DNA of 64,000 nt. Origin: Mytilus californianus. Lineage: Eukaryota. The stretch is from positions 30,442,001-30,506,000 of the forward strand of contig NW_026262581.1 of NCBI RefSeq assembly GCF_021869535.1, read 5' to 3'. Below the pieces are notes generated by a model. The model saw only the letters and a list, made by a program, of their open reading frames with translations. It had not been told where the DNA came from and did not search any database. Shown one piece after another: positions 25,368 to 39,190 of the stretch (positions are counted from its first letter, which is position 1; each line of letters opens with the position of its first letter). A program made the translations under genes and the position numbers.

Positions 25368-25538
25368 CAGAGGCGGATTTATGGGGGGGGGGGGGGGAGG
25401 GGGCAGGGGGCCCGGGCCCCCCTTTTGTGGGAAAAATTTGGTTGATTATATAGGGAATCACTGAAGCATGACTGGAGCGGGCCCCCTCTTAGGCAGTCAG
25501 TGGGCCCCCACTTATGAAAATTTCTGGATCCGCCACTG
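25368..25538. mobile_element. GC-rich MITE (CAG(A/T)GGCGGAT ends), 5-bp TSD
   Basis: TSD GGCAT on both sides; same family as 32247-32399. Confidence 0.85.
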
Positions 25539-25679
25539 GGCATATTGTTTTTATTGGTATTAATATTGATTTTGTTATCAGTAAATTAAAATCAAACAAA
25601 ATATTATTGTTATATACATATATGCACATTCATGGCTCTACAATCTGTCGATACCTGTATTTGGCATTGCACAAGGTCA

Positions 25680-26340
25680 TGTTTTTCTCTGACTGTTTAT
25701 GACGTCTTTACACTAAATCCGTTGGATGTTGGATGTGTACTGATTGATAATTTAGTCTTAGATGCATGATTTTTTTTATTAGTTGTTATAGGCTTTGAAC
25801 TAGCTGTCAGTAACTGCGAGTACTCTCAGATCTGTGCTAAGTGTCTTTTTGTTGTTGGGATGTACAAGTACCCGTCCACGTCCACTTTGTGTTTTTGTTG
25901 GATGTATTTCTATTTGTATCCATCTGATGAGTTAAGCCTTTTTCAACTGATTTTTATAGTTTGTTCTTATGGTGTACTGTTACACCACTGTCCCAGGTTA
26001 GGGGGAGGGTTGGCGCCTTCAAACTAGGTTAACCCCGCCACCGTGATTCTGTATGTGCCTGTCTCAAGTCAGGAACCTGTAATTCAGTGGTTGTCGTTTG
26101 TTGCTGTGTTTCATATTTGTTTTTCATTCATTATTTTGTACATAAATTAGGCCGTTAGTTTTCTCGTTTGAATTGTTTTACATTTGTCATTTCGGGGCCT
26201 TTTATAGCTGACTATGCGGTATGGGCTTTGCTCATTGTTGAAGGCCGTACGGTGACCTATAGTTGTTAATTTCTGTGTCATTTGGTCTATTGTGGAGAGT
26301 TGTTTCTTTGGCAATCATACCACATCTTCTTTTTATATAT
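25680..26340. repeat. Dispersed composite repeat, with related segments at 32850-33600, 46978-47075, 52455-52622 and 57880-57996
   Basis: Shared blocks (TCAGTAACTGC, CCCAAGTCAGGA, GAAGACCCATTGGTGGCC, CATTCTCAATTTT, CCACATCTTCT); class not determined. Confidence 0.6.
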
Positions 26341-27240
26341 CTGTAACATCCGTTTGCAATCTATAAGATAGTTATCATGGCAGTTCCAACAATAGATTGA
26401 AAGTATTATTTCCACAAACTTTCGATTGAACTTTTCTGCAGATTTTTTTTTTTTAATTTAATTTAAATCCTTTCGGCCAGGTTAACCAAACAAACATTTT
26501 TAGCAGTTTATTGTACATATGTTGCTCCAATGTCAGTATGTTTATAATCAGTTCTTGAGTTTCTTTTTGCAGAAGCAAATATTTTGGCACAATCTATAGC
26601 TAGTGTGTATCATTAAATCTTCAAAGCATTTTTACAGGGAAAAAAATCACTATATATAACGTTATATAATGTTTTTTGTTTAATTTTAAGTACCACCTTA
26701 AAATCATGCAAAAGGAAATTCATTATTTGGTGAAAAGCCTACAAATAATTTGTCCAGAATGCAAAGTTGTACCAAAAGCTACTTTTAATTTGTACCTGAA
26801 CCTGTGTTCATGAGAAAAGTAAATTTTTGGAATTTTGAAAAGTGAGATCACTCAATTAATAGTTTATCTTTAAGCACAATTTTCTTCCACTTACTGACAG
26901 TATGAGAAGAACCATGCATAACCCAGTTCATAATGTGTATCAAACATTTAGTCAAGAAAGACAATTGAAAAATTGTAGGTTTCATCCATGTGAATCTCTT
27001 TTTTTTAATATTACTTGTTTTATTTTAATATGGACTGATACTGAACTAATTATGCAAAATGTATCTGTTTTAGTCATAAAAAATAACCTTCTCTTCTTCA
27101 CATACAAGCTCTAGACCTTGCTTGTGATGGGAACAAAACTTGATACTGTGGTTTCATTATTTTCTTGGGTACTAGTTTTCGTAGATTGAGGAAAATATGT
27201 ATTTTTGAGGTTATTTGATTTCATGGATTTGCCGAAGTCT

Positions 27241-30200
27241 GTGCAGGTGACATCCTGTTTGTCCGACAACCATTATTCCGACATTCCATTATTCCGACAG
27301 TCCATTACTCCGACATCCCATTACTCCGACATCCCATTATTCCGACAGCTCATTATTTCGACACTGCATCTGTCATAAGTGTACGGGTAAATTTTCTCCA
27401 AAAGACCAAATCCGTTCTCGATAATATTTGTGGTTGTCCGTTTAGATTCCAATTATTCTTCTCATGCGGGATATTTGTCTCCGTGCCTTGGAGTTGATAA
27501 TCATGCTTATTGCAACTGCTGAGTCATTATCCTCGTTTCCCCCTTTCCGTTTTACGGGTCCGGGTATTTTATTTGTCTTTATATTTCGACGTTTGTGTGT
27601 CCATTGTCCTCTTGACTCTCGGTTTCCCCCTTTCGTATCAAGGGAGTGAAGTTTCACCACTATTAACTACATAAATAAATATATTAGAGTTGGATAACTC
27701 TACCATCCCTCTTCGGTCGTAACACTTGCAACTCCGTGTATCACTCAACTAAGTTTTATTTAAATTTGTTGCAGAAAATTGCGACAAATGAAGCGTCAGT
27801 TAAAAATAAGGAAAATCACGAGACAAATACAAACCCAGGACCCAGAAGAAGTAGATGACAAATAGGACGAACTAAGTGTTCCTAAAAGATGAGCTACAAC
27901 TGCTCCTACCAGACACCCACTGTGCGTTTGATGAATGTCATGCTCAGGAACATGAATCCACGAAATACATAGACAGTACACGGCATTTCCCATAACGGTC
28001 GTTCAGACATAGAGATGACACTCAATATATATGTAGGGGTATATCCCGAGCTTATCTTAAAATCAAAAGCTAGAAAAAAAACATTCCACTTTAATAATGC
28101 AGTTGGGGTGGGGAGGAAGCTGGGGAGTTGTCGAATGACAAAAAAGATACAAGCGAACAATTGCATGTACAACAGGGATAGCAATAGTCCCTTGATGGCG
28201 AGGGTCCTGATGAAGTGAGTTTAAAATAAGATATTTAAGCCAAAAATGTGCATGGAAAATAACAATACAAACACAAGAAAAACATACGAGTTCGATATGT
28301 TCTGTATAATTTTTTATAGGCCCTTCACCATCTTTGTGAACGTTTCAAACAATATTCATGACTCGAATGTAGTTTCTACTTCCTCTGGAAATTTCAGGGC
28401 TGTAGATCTATTATAAAGATCCCGCAGAGCCCCTTTGTTTTTCCTAAAATAGATTGTATGCAGTGATCGACTGATTATGCAAATTTTATGGCAATGACCA
28501 ATTGATGGAAATCTTAGAAATGTTCTTTAATTGGTGGACTACGTGTGATTTCTAAAAAAAAGCAGTCAATGGTACGTTGTACATGCAGCATCTTAACCGA
28601 GATCACCCAATCAGCTGAAATCATGATAATCGTGCGAAATTCGTAAATATTGAAGTCACCGACCATTTATCTTTTGTGAGGGGAGGGGGGGGGGGCATTT
28701 TTTTTTTTAATTGTTTGATTTGATATTTTATTCATAAATAAAGCCCCATAAAGTTTTAATTTGAACAAATATATTCTAAACAAATATTACTTTCTTGAAA
28801 TAATTTGCTTCTGCTAACTACTAGTATTTAAAACCTTTTTTTGGAAAAAAATATAGACTCTAGAAAAAAAAACTATGCAACCCCAACCCCCCCCCCCCCC
28901 CCACCCCCCCCCTCCCCCAAACAATAGATGAATGGTCGATACCTTGGTATTCCCGTTTTCTGCTGCAGAAGGAACCAATCATGCCCCCAAACAGTTATAT
29001 CCAAAGATTTCCGACAAAATCAATATAGATGTATGCAGAAATTGTCCTGGGATCCGTAACAAAATGTTATATTTTTCATGAACGACAAGAAAATAGAGAC
29101 AGGGTAATTTGTCGTAACCCCATCGTATATTCTTTTATTAAAAACATGTAAACGGAGCCTCCACCACCACTTTGGTCAATATTCTTAATGCATGGCTGTA
29201 TGTATCACAATGGATTCTTTTTCAGTTTTATATTTTGGTGAAAAACAATCATAACAAAACAAAATCCAATGGAGGTCAACAGACTACCATTCATTGGTTC
29301 AGTCAAGAAAATTGTTGAGGCAATCTGACTGTGCATAACACTAATGTATAGATTTTTGTTGTAATTTTGGAGTAAACTGGTTTCAATGTCTCTCAAAAAA
29401 GCGTGTGATGCCGAAGGTCAATTTCAAAATGCGAATATTGAAGAAAACAGATACTACTATTTTTGACAATATCTTGTAAAATTTACACTGACGTTAATGC
29501 ATCACAATACGGGGCCCAGTAGAATGAATCCCTTAGGTCGCGTTAAAAAAATGCATCCATCAGTTTGCCTCACTTTTCAGCAAATTTAAGATTTTTTCTC
29601 GCCGCGATATAGTCTTTTTGTGCTGATGCTGCGTAAAGCAATCATGCACCAATCAACCAATCAATCAATTTTTTTAAAAAAGTCATAGGTTTTTTTTAAA
29701 TGAGACGCGGAGACGCCCACCTAATGCCTAAGGCGGCGGGTCAGATTTAGCCATATTGAAGCCACACAATATCCAATATACAGAATAGATTCTATATTTT
29801 ATAATGCAAATCATATTCTGACCCCGCCTAATTTGTTGAAAATAGTTTGATGAGAATTTGTATAAAAAATTCCCTGTATAACGTAATTTGAATTATGCAC
29901 ATATAAACGTAATTAAAATTCTGTATAGTCTGTATTTGCGTATGAAAAGAATTGTTACATCACAATTCCGTAAATACGGAATTCGAAGTCTATCCATGCA
30001 GAAATAGTTCTGTAAATCCGTTTTTTTTAATTCTGTAAATACATAAACGATTTCTGTATATACGAAAAGGCGCGAAAATACATAATTGAATAATATACCT
30101 CTATACACAAATTCTAATAACGTATATACAGATTTCGAATTAAGTAAATAAAAAAGTATTCGAACTATACCTAACATATACTACATATACGGAATTATTT

Positions 30201-30452
30201 CTGTACATATGTAATAACATATACGTTATAATACAGACAGACATTTTTTGTTTTACCCTGATACCGCGCAATAATTATTTCTAAGAGTCGGACTAATGGG
30301 TTGTCGGATTATTGGACTGTCGGAGCAATGGGTTGTCGGATTATTGGGTTGTCGGACTAATGGGTTGTCGGACTAATGGGCTGTCGGAAAATGGGCCGTC
30401 GGACTAATGGGCTGTCGGACTAATGGGCTGTCGGAATGATGGCGTGTAACAC
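27241..30452. mobile_element. 3.2-kb foldback-like TIR element with inverted 16-bp subterminal arrays, inserted in a MITE
   Basis: (CCATTAYTCCGACANN)n at 27260-27365, inverted with (GTCGGACTAATGGGYT)n at 30287-30445; host AAGTCTGCATAC is split with TCT(G) duplicated. Confidence 0.75.
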
Positions 30453-31149
30453 TCTGCATACTAGCCAATAGAAAATTGTTTACTTTGTTGGTGTTTCTAT
30501 ACCCAGGAAATCCACGAAAAGTGATATCCCACCAAAAGAAATCAATCCACAGTATGCCAGTGTGCAGAAAATCGTTAAAAATGCAGAAAAGAGGTTTCCT
30601 AATGAAAGCTCTAGGACATTGCATGGGATTAGAGCCAAACTTCAATATATGAGGAGGGAGATCCTTATTGATTTTTAGCTCTAAACGTTCAAGTGAAGAT
30701 TTCATTCTTGTAACCAGGGTAGGGCTTTCATTTTTTGGTAGGACAAAATAATTGTATTAAATTAAAACAGGAAAGAATCATACCTTAAAGTAAACAGAAA
30801 AAAAAGACTATGCCAGTAGGTCACTGTAAGCTCTTTTCCTTATACCGGGGTATTATTTCTTCCAATTAAGATAGGATACCAGATTTTATTTTTGATAAGG
30901 AGAAAGAGAAAGGCATGGTGTATGCAAGCTTGCTCACTTAAGGTTCTTTAATTCTATTGTTGTTATAACCTTTGATCATTGTTTTGTTTTAGTGTGTTTA
31001 ATATTGACACTAAAATCTTTGGCACCAAATATATGATTACAGCCAAAATATATCAATTGATAGAATACTTAAATGAGTGTATAACCATGTAAGAATAGGA
31101 CACATTTAGTAAATGTTTAAAGTCTGTAATCTGCTGAGTCTGACTTTAA

Positions 31150-32055
31150 ATATCAGTAAGGTCATCTTTATGTTCCATAGAAACATTATGACAAATGTCA
31201 TCTTTATCTTCCATAGAAACATGACGACAAAGGTATTTATCTTCCATAGAAACATGACGACAAAGGTATTTATCTTCCATAGAAACATGATGACAAAGGT
31301 CATCTTTATCTTCCATAGAAACTTCCATAGAAACATGATGACAAAGGTCATCTTTATCTTCCATAGAAACATCACGACAAAGGTATTTATCTTCCATAGA
31401 AACATGATGACAAAGGTCATCTTTATCTTCCATAGAAACATGATGACAAAGGTCATCTTTATCTTCCATAGAAACATGACGACAAAGGTATTTATCTTCC
31501 ATAGAAACATGATGACAAAGGTCATCTTTATCTTCCGTAGAAACATGATGACAAAGGTCATCTTTATCTTCCATAGAAACATGATGACAAAGGTCATCTT
31601 TATCTTCCATAGAAACATGACAAAGGTCATCTTTATCTTCCATAGAAACATGATGACAAAGGTCATCCTTATCTTCCATAGAAACATGACGACAAAGGTC
31701 ATCTTTATCTTCCATAGAAACATGACGACAAAGGTCACCTTTATCTTCCATAGAAACATGACGACAAAGGTCACCTTTATCTTCCATAGAAACATGACGA
31801 CACATGACGACAAAGGTCACCTTTATCTTCCATAGAAACATGACGACAAAGGTCACATTTATCTTCCATAGAAACATGACGACAAAGGTCACCTTTATCT
31901 TCCATAGAAACATGACGACAAAGGTCATCTTTATCTTCCATAGAAACATGACGACAAGGTCACCTTTATCTTCCATAGAAACATGACGACAAAGGTCATC
32001 TTTATCTTCCATAGAAACATGATGACAAAGGTCACCTTTATCTTCCATAGAAACA
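31150..32055. repeat. 36-bp (and 33-bp variant) minisatellite, about 25 copies, intergenic
   Basis: Unit TCTTCCATAGAAACATGACGACAAAGGTCATCTTTA. Confidence 0.95.
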
Positions 32056-32246
32056 TGGACAGATACTTTATTTTCCATTAGTACACCCAATGACATATTG
32101 TATCATGTTAATTCCAACTGACTATTTTGTTTAACCCATGTTGTGTTTATAAGTTGTTCATTATTGATGAAGAGGTTTCCAACTAAGACCTTGGGGCTCT
32201 TTTCACAAAAAATCTTATGACTAAAATTCTAAAATTGATCATAAGT

Positions 32247-32399
32247 CATAGGCGGATCCAGGGGGGGGCCCGGGCCCCCCTTTTCGTGGGAAAAATTTGG
32301 TTGATAATATAGGGAATCACTGAAGCATGACTGGAGCGGGGCCCCCCCTTAGGTCAGTCAGCGGGCCCCACCTTATGAAAAGTTCTGGATCCGCCACTG
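32247..32399. mobile_element. GC-rich MITE, 5-bp TSD
   Basis: CATAGGCGGATCCAG / CTGGATCCGCCACTG; TSD TAAGT on both sides. Confidence 0.88.
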
Positions 32400-34169
32400 T
32401 AAGTTATATTGAAATGTTCATGATTTTTTGTTAAGTCGCTGTATTATAAATATACCAATGAATAAGGTAAAGTAATATCTGCAGCATACTATTTTTACTC
32501 TCATTTTTTGTGTTAAATTCAAATTAAATTTGTGAAAATTAATTTTCACAGTTTTATGAGTTTATGCTTTATCTTATTGATTTTTCTTTTGTGTGTTGGT
32601 GTACTAATTCATGATTTATTTTCATGTTATTTATTTAACCCCAAAAGTTATAGGCATCACAAAACAATTTTAAGATTCTAAATAATTTCTTTCAAAAGCT
32701 TTTATTTATGAACATTTTTGTTCTTGCCATAGCATTAACTTCTAAGTAAAATTTTCAGTGACCAATTTTTTTCCATCTTTGAAAATAGAATTTTAAACTC
32801 CCTTCATTATAAAAGATTTGTTTGAAATCCATCTTCACTAGTGAGTAATTAAAAAGGCTGTTAGTTTTCCTGTTTGAATTGTTTCACAATTTGTCATTCC
32901 AGAGCCTTTTATGGCTTACAACACAATTGCTTATTGTTAAATGCTGTACATTGACTCACCTTCATATGATGAAGACATAATCTTTCAATCAGTTTAATTG
33001 AGGTCTGGAGCTGGCATGTCAGTAACTGCTAGTAGTCCTTTGTTCATTTATGTATCATTGTCATTTTGCTTAGTTTCTTTTGTTACCTTTTCTGACATCG
33101 GACTCGGACTTCTTTTAAACTGATTTTTACTGTGCGTATTGCTATGTGTTTCTTTATTCTACATTGGCTAGAGGTATAGGGGGAGGGTTGAGATCTCACA
33201 AAACATGTTCAACCCGGCCACATTTTTGCACCTGTCCCAAGTCAGGAGCCTCTGGCTTTGTTAGTCTTGTATAATTTTTAATTTTAGTTCATTTATATGT
33301 TTTGGAGTTTAGTATGACGTTCATTTTCACTGAACTAGTAAACAATTTTATTTAGGGGCCAGCTGAGGACCACCCCTGGGTGCGGGATTTTCTAGCTGCG
33401 TTAAAGACCCATTGGTGGCCTTCTGCTGTTGTCTACTCTTTGGTCGGGTTGTTGTCTCTTTGACATATTCCCCATTTCCATTCTCAATTTTATCACCTAT
33501 AACTGCTTACATCCATGTCCTTATGTCTGTGATGTATAGTTGTCTCATTGCCAATATTACCACATCTTCTTTATTTTCATATTGCAGCTATCATTTAATA
33601 AAACTTAAAACAAAAAAAGTTGCTTTTATTTCAACTGTAGTAAACTAATTTCTGATTAAAAATATAAGATATAATAAAAAGGCAAAGATTGTTCACTTGC
33701 TTACAAAATCTAGTACAATCCAATATCAAATGTAGAATAAATCACTATCACAGCTTGCACATTTTCCCAAAACATTTCTGAATTTATGACAGATTATTTC
33801 TTTTTCTCTTAATACTAACACAAATAAATCCTGAATATACCTGAAAACTCGTCATCTAATATAAATCTTTGTCAAACATAAAAAAATAATATTTAATTTT
33901 ATTTATTCCTTCAATCAAAATGTAAAATAAAACACCAAATAAGTTGGAATATTCTAATTATAGAAAAAATAAGATAGAAAATTAATTAATGAATAGTACA
34001 AAAATTATTGGCCTTTGGTATGTCTATGCTATTCCAAAAAAAAACTATTGCAGAAAAAAAACATCTATTCTCCACTTCTACACACATCAAAAAATGGAAA
34101 ACATGTATCAAATATAACAATTAACTCTTGTATATTAAACTTCTATTTCTAATTTTCTCCATATCTTAT

Positions 34170-34222
34170 TTACAAGGTCATGTTCATCTCCTTTAACCAT
34201 CTAAGTCCTTCAACAGTGTCCC
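34170..34222 (-). CDS. HYI: HYI exon 8 (last)
   Basis: (G)DTVEGLRWLKEMNMTL*; TTTTAG acceptor. Confidence 0.92.
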
Positions 34223-37200
34223 CTAAAACATATCAAATTCAGAAATATAAAATAATGTCTATTATATAAATAACACATAGATGAGAGGGTGATAGAGCAG
34301 ATTGTTACACCAAGAAAACATTGTCAACAGAGGCAAAGTTCTATCATCCTCTCAGATATGTATTATTTAATTTATTGTACTAAATGTTCTGTTGTTATTG
34401 TATATTAAATTTCAAATTCAAAGTAATATACTATGACGTCTTGTACATACTATCCTTATTTAATAAAGCACACACTTGATTAAACGTCTCTGTGAAGGGT
34501 AATAAGAGTATTTGCCATGGGATAGAGTAAATTATTTCCCTCTTATCAACAAATCAGAATCTGGCATTTTGACATGAAGTATAATAAAATATAATAACTC
34601 ATAAAAGGATAACAGGAATTACAAACTATATTGGGCAGTACAACAGAGCAGGAAATGCTGCTAAACACATACCATATACCATTTTTTTCTTTTTCTTATT
34701 TAGATAATCATTACAAGAAAGGAAAAACAGTGGTAAGCAATAATGCAATAAAGATGAGACACATAGAATAAACAATGTTGAGATAGAGGTCAACATGACA
34801 ACAATCCAACAGCAAAAGCTACCAGTAAATGACTAGATGTAAACATACAGTTTTAAACAATTGACAGGTGTTTAATACAACATGTCAAGTTATAAATCAA
34901 TCCAATCTGAAGAAATTTAACTATCTAAGATTTGCAAAAAAATAAAAAATAAATTTTATGATGAGATTTCTTGCCTGTCGTAGGAGTGTATTTTCCTTTT
35001 TTTTTCTTAGACAATAGTGTTCAACCAAAAGATGTAGTAACCTAAGCTAGCATCCTGTAGTGGCCAGCACATTTTGACGTTTTTCAAATTATGTGCTGTC
35101 AAATATTTCCTTGCTAAAGTTAGATGTTATCCTGTTGTTAAATACTGTGAAAATTTGTTATTGTGTATAACTTTACAACACATGGTTTAGATAGGCTGTA
35201 ATAATGATATATTTGCTTACATTCGCTTCATTTGAACATTGATGGATAGTTGTCTCATTGGCACATACCACATCTTCTTATTTTTATAAAGGGGATATTT
35301 GGGTCACATAAGACTTGTTTAAACCTCCCCACATTTTTGTGCCTTTATAAATGAGTACTATACTATACTATAGGCTTCTGTTAGGCAAAATAAAATATAG
35401 TTGTATTTCCTGTCTCCCTACCTACCCTAAATTTTCATGCCTAGCCAAACACATATTACAAACATTTTTGGTTAAGAAAGTCCAGACTTTTTTGGTAAAC
35501 ATAGTAAAACTCTATTAGAGCCAGAACATTTCTCTATATAGTCTGTCTATGTAAAATATTGAGGAAAATAAAATAACTTTACCTACCTACCTTTTTTTTT
35601 CTACCATGAGACAGGAAACAAGTATATACTTTTGTTGGCCTAATGATGGTTGCTGATGCTATTCTTCTTGTTTTAAAAATTGAAAGTTTACCTTTTGGCA
35701 TGTATTCCAAACCAACATAACCATCATATCCATGGTCTTCTAACAGTTTGAATACATAGGAATAATCCACTTCTCCTTGAAATCCTGGTTCAGTTCGATC
35801 TGGTGCTTGTGCTACTTGTATATGACCTAAAAATAGTGTTACAAAATTACAATAATGTATAAGGTACAATATAAATTCTCTTTGCTAAGACCATTGATTC
35901 AGCATCAAATTACAAGTCAGCATATATTGTAAAAGATTGTGATTTAAATACCCGGTGGTTTAAGTTTGTTCTGGAAAAAAGACAGCACCAGTCTGATGTC
36001 ATATATTTAGCCCAGAATTCCAAGACTATTGTCCAGCTTAATACCTGATTATACCCCAAAAAATTGTTTTCTGACTTCTGGCCTACAATTTAGGGAAGGT
36101 AGATAGGTAAAATGCTTATGCTTAAAAAATTTTAGAGAGAAATGTTCTGGATTTTGGTGCTTAACCAAAAATGTCCATAAAATGTGTTAAGTTAGGTATA
36201 GAGGCAGGAAACAATTATATTTTTTGAGCCTCACTATAAGAGCTGCCAGACTAAAGTAATATGAAAAACATTGGGTAGTGATCTGTATTTTCAGAGATGA
36301 TTACGATAATTTCTATTTGTCATTTATTTGGATTTCATAGATTTATTTATTTTCATTTATATTATTGCATTTAGAGGGGATGAATATTTTTCATTCAAAC
36401 ACATGTTTTATTGATGAAAAACCATTTTGCTTACTTTTCAAAAGTTATTACAGTATATTATTTTCAAAATCTTGATAAGTAATTTATGGAAAATCAATTT
36501 TAGCTGGTCTTATAAGACTCTCAGTTGCCTTGGTTATTAGAAACTATTGGTTTTCCGTTACAATGTGATTTATGGTTTCATTTAATTGAATCATTATTTT
36601 ACTTTTTCAGCTGTAAGTAATTTTGTTTCACACAAATCTTTTTGTAGTATGACTTGACCTTAGACCAAATGACTTTAAAATAAACTAGATATCATTGAGA
36701 TGGGAGCCATCTCTGTGGGCCCCGCTGTGAATAATGTGTGGTAAAAAATTTGTATCTTTATCATTGGACATGGGGTTGTCAACTGAAACCGAAGTTTATG
36801 ACCTTGACCTTTGACCTAGGAAGTTGTACATAAATTATGACACACCCTCTAGTGTTGGTTTATATACATGTCAAGTATAAACTTTGTAATCATAACGGTT
36901 CTCAAGATATGGAGCGGACACGATCTTTACCATAGGACATGTGGTTGTCAACTAAAACCAAAGTTTTTGACCTTGACCTTTGACCTAGGAAGTTGTACAT
37001 ACATTATGACTCACCCTCTAGTGGTTAATATACATGTCAAGTATAAACTTTGAAATCATAACGGTTCTCTAGATATAGAGCGGACACAATTTGTTACGGA
37101 CGGACTGATCACTATAGGGCATCCGCCATTCGGCGGGGCCCTAATAAGGATCTTCTTCATCTTATAAAAATATGATCACATATCCAAGTAAGGTTGCAAC

Positions 37201-39159
37201 CCCTTTTAATACATCCTGAAACCACTTTTCTGCACAAATTTCTGTCCCTCCTCCCCCACTTCTTCATAGCAGGGTATAAATACTCATCAAAGTTACGAAG
37301 CATAAACCATTGAATGCCAGACACGCAATTCGTCTATATAAGGGACTGACATCAAAAGTCTAGGGAAAAATCAAATCAATTCTTTAAATTGAATAGTAAT
37401 GAAACAATAAAAATAAGATAGTTGTTCCAAATCTGGCTAAGGACTTAAGACAGAAATTAATTTAAATATACAATAAACCTTCATTTTAGTTATTCGTGTT
37501 TAATAATAATTTAATTTTGGATGTAACACCTCTTCTGATTGGCTGAAAGTTTTTTGTCTATCAGCTCATAGACATAATTTTGTCATGTGACCATGATGTC
37601 AACTTTTCTTCATGATTTACTCCTTAAAAATGGAATTAAGAATTAAATTCTAAGGACTGACTGTAATAATTTTCTGTCTATTCCAAGTAACCTCAAAAAT
37701 GTGCTGCACATTTTAAATAACCCGCTCAGTGGGTTATTCAATATTACAGTCATTCATTAAGTAACTTCTCATTGTATAAATTGGTAAAAACTGTGATAGC
37801 ATTTTTTCCTTGCCTGCTGAAGAATTAAAATGTAATTACTGGTATATCAATAATAATAAATTTGTATGACCTACAGTAATTGTCACACTATCATAACATA
37901 CCTATATATGGATAATATTTCTTAAAATTCTCTGTAAAATTTCCATGTAACAACTGCATATGAAAGAAATCCTGCAACATACATGTATAATAGTATGGTA
38001 AGAATTATTCAAAGATAAATTATTTAGACAGATCTTAAAGATAAACTTTTATAGTTTTATTCAACGTTGAACACATTTGAAAATAAGAAATTCTGAATTT
38101 ATAACTCAATAAATAGTTGTCGATTATCTTGCCTTTATTTAACATACTAGTATGCATTTAGAAACTGACATTTACAAATGCCAATATTGTAAAATTTAAA
38201 AGTTGTCAAAATTCCATTGCAACATTGCAATGTACAATACCAGTTATCTAATGTTAGTTCATGAGAAGTCTCTCATGGATTACTACATGACCTTCTTTCA
38301 TTTAAGGGGTCCCTGTACTTTAGGTTTAGGGTTCAGTGTACATTAAGGATTAAGTTAGGGTTTTTTTTTAGGTTTGGGTTAACTCATAGGGTAAGGTTTT
38401 AGGGTTAGGGCTAATGTTAATGTATTGAGAAGGTTATTCTAGTATATCCCTATGTAAGTTTGGAGCCCTAAAGTAAATGAAGGCTCATTCTAGACATAAA
38501 AATTGTTGTTGTTCACAAAATATGTATATAGTCATACCATTTTCAAGGCTGCTTTCAACCTTGCTTTTCTTTTGTCAAATTTTCTATGGAGATCTTGCTT
38601 ATGTCATGTGATTGTCTGTTTGTTTGTAAATATCAAAATGAAAAAGTCCTTTCTTTGGCAGTTAAAGATAGCCTTTGTAGGAAGACTTCATTACTTTTAT
38701 ATACATTTCATGATAACTCCCACACATGTTCCTTCAAAAAGAAATTTGTCATTGAAAATAAATGAGTACATGTACTGCTTAACTTAAAGTACATGTACAT
38801 GTGCCACTAAAGACAACTCTAGATGTGCTCTTGACTTTGCTGTAAGGTGTAAATTCAGAAACTGTCAAGTTAAAGAACAACAATAAACTTGCTTTTCATT
38901 TGTCTTTCAACTAGAACTGTGAATGATCTTTCAAAAGGATACACCCTGCCCAACAATATAATTAGTGATCTGTAGTAAGTAAATTCAATTATCTCCCCTT
39001 TTCATATTGGACCAGGATTATATTCCTTTAAGCACATCCTCAGGTATTATTCTACAACTGTATTAAATTTCATCAGTATCTATCTGTCTGTTTTGGAGGA
39101 GTTGTACTTACAAGGCATAAGGAAAAATGGATGGACTTGGGCAGTTCCTCCACTCCAAC

Positions 39160-39190
<31 letters not shown>

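Noticed and set aside
25921-25960. CTGATGAG as a hammerhead ribozyme core (also at ~56448, ~61416 and ~48390)
   Set aside because: No stem II closed before a GAAA and no stem I/III pairing could be built by eye
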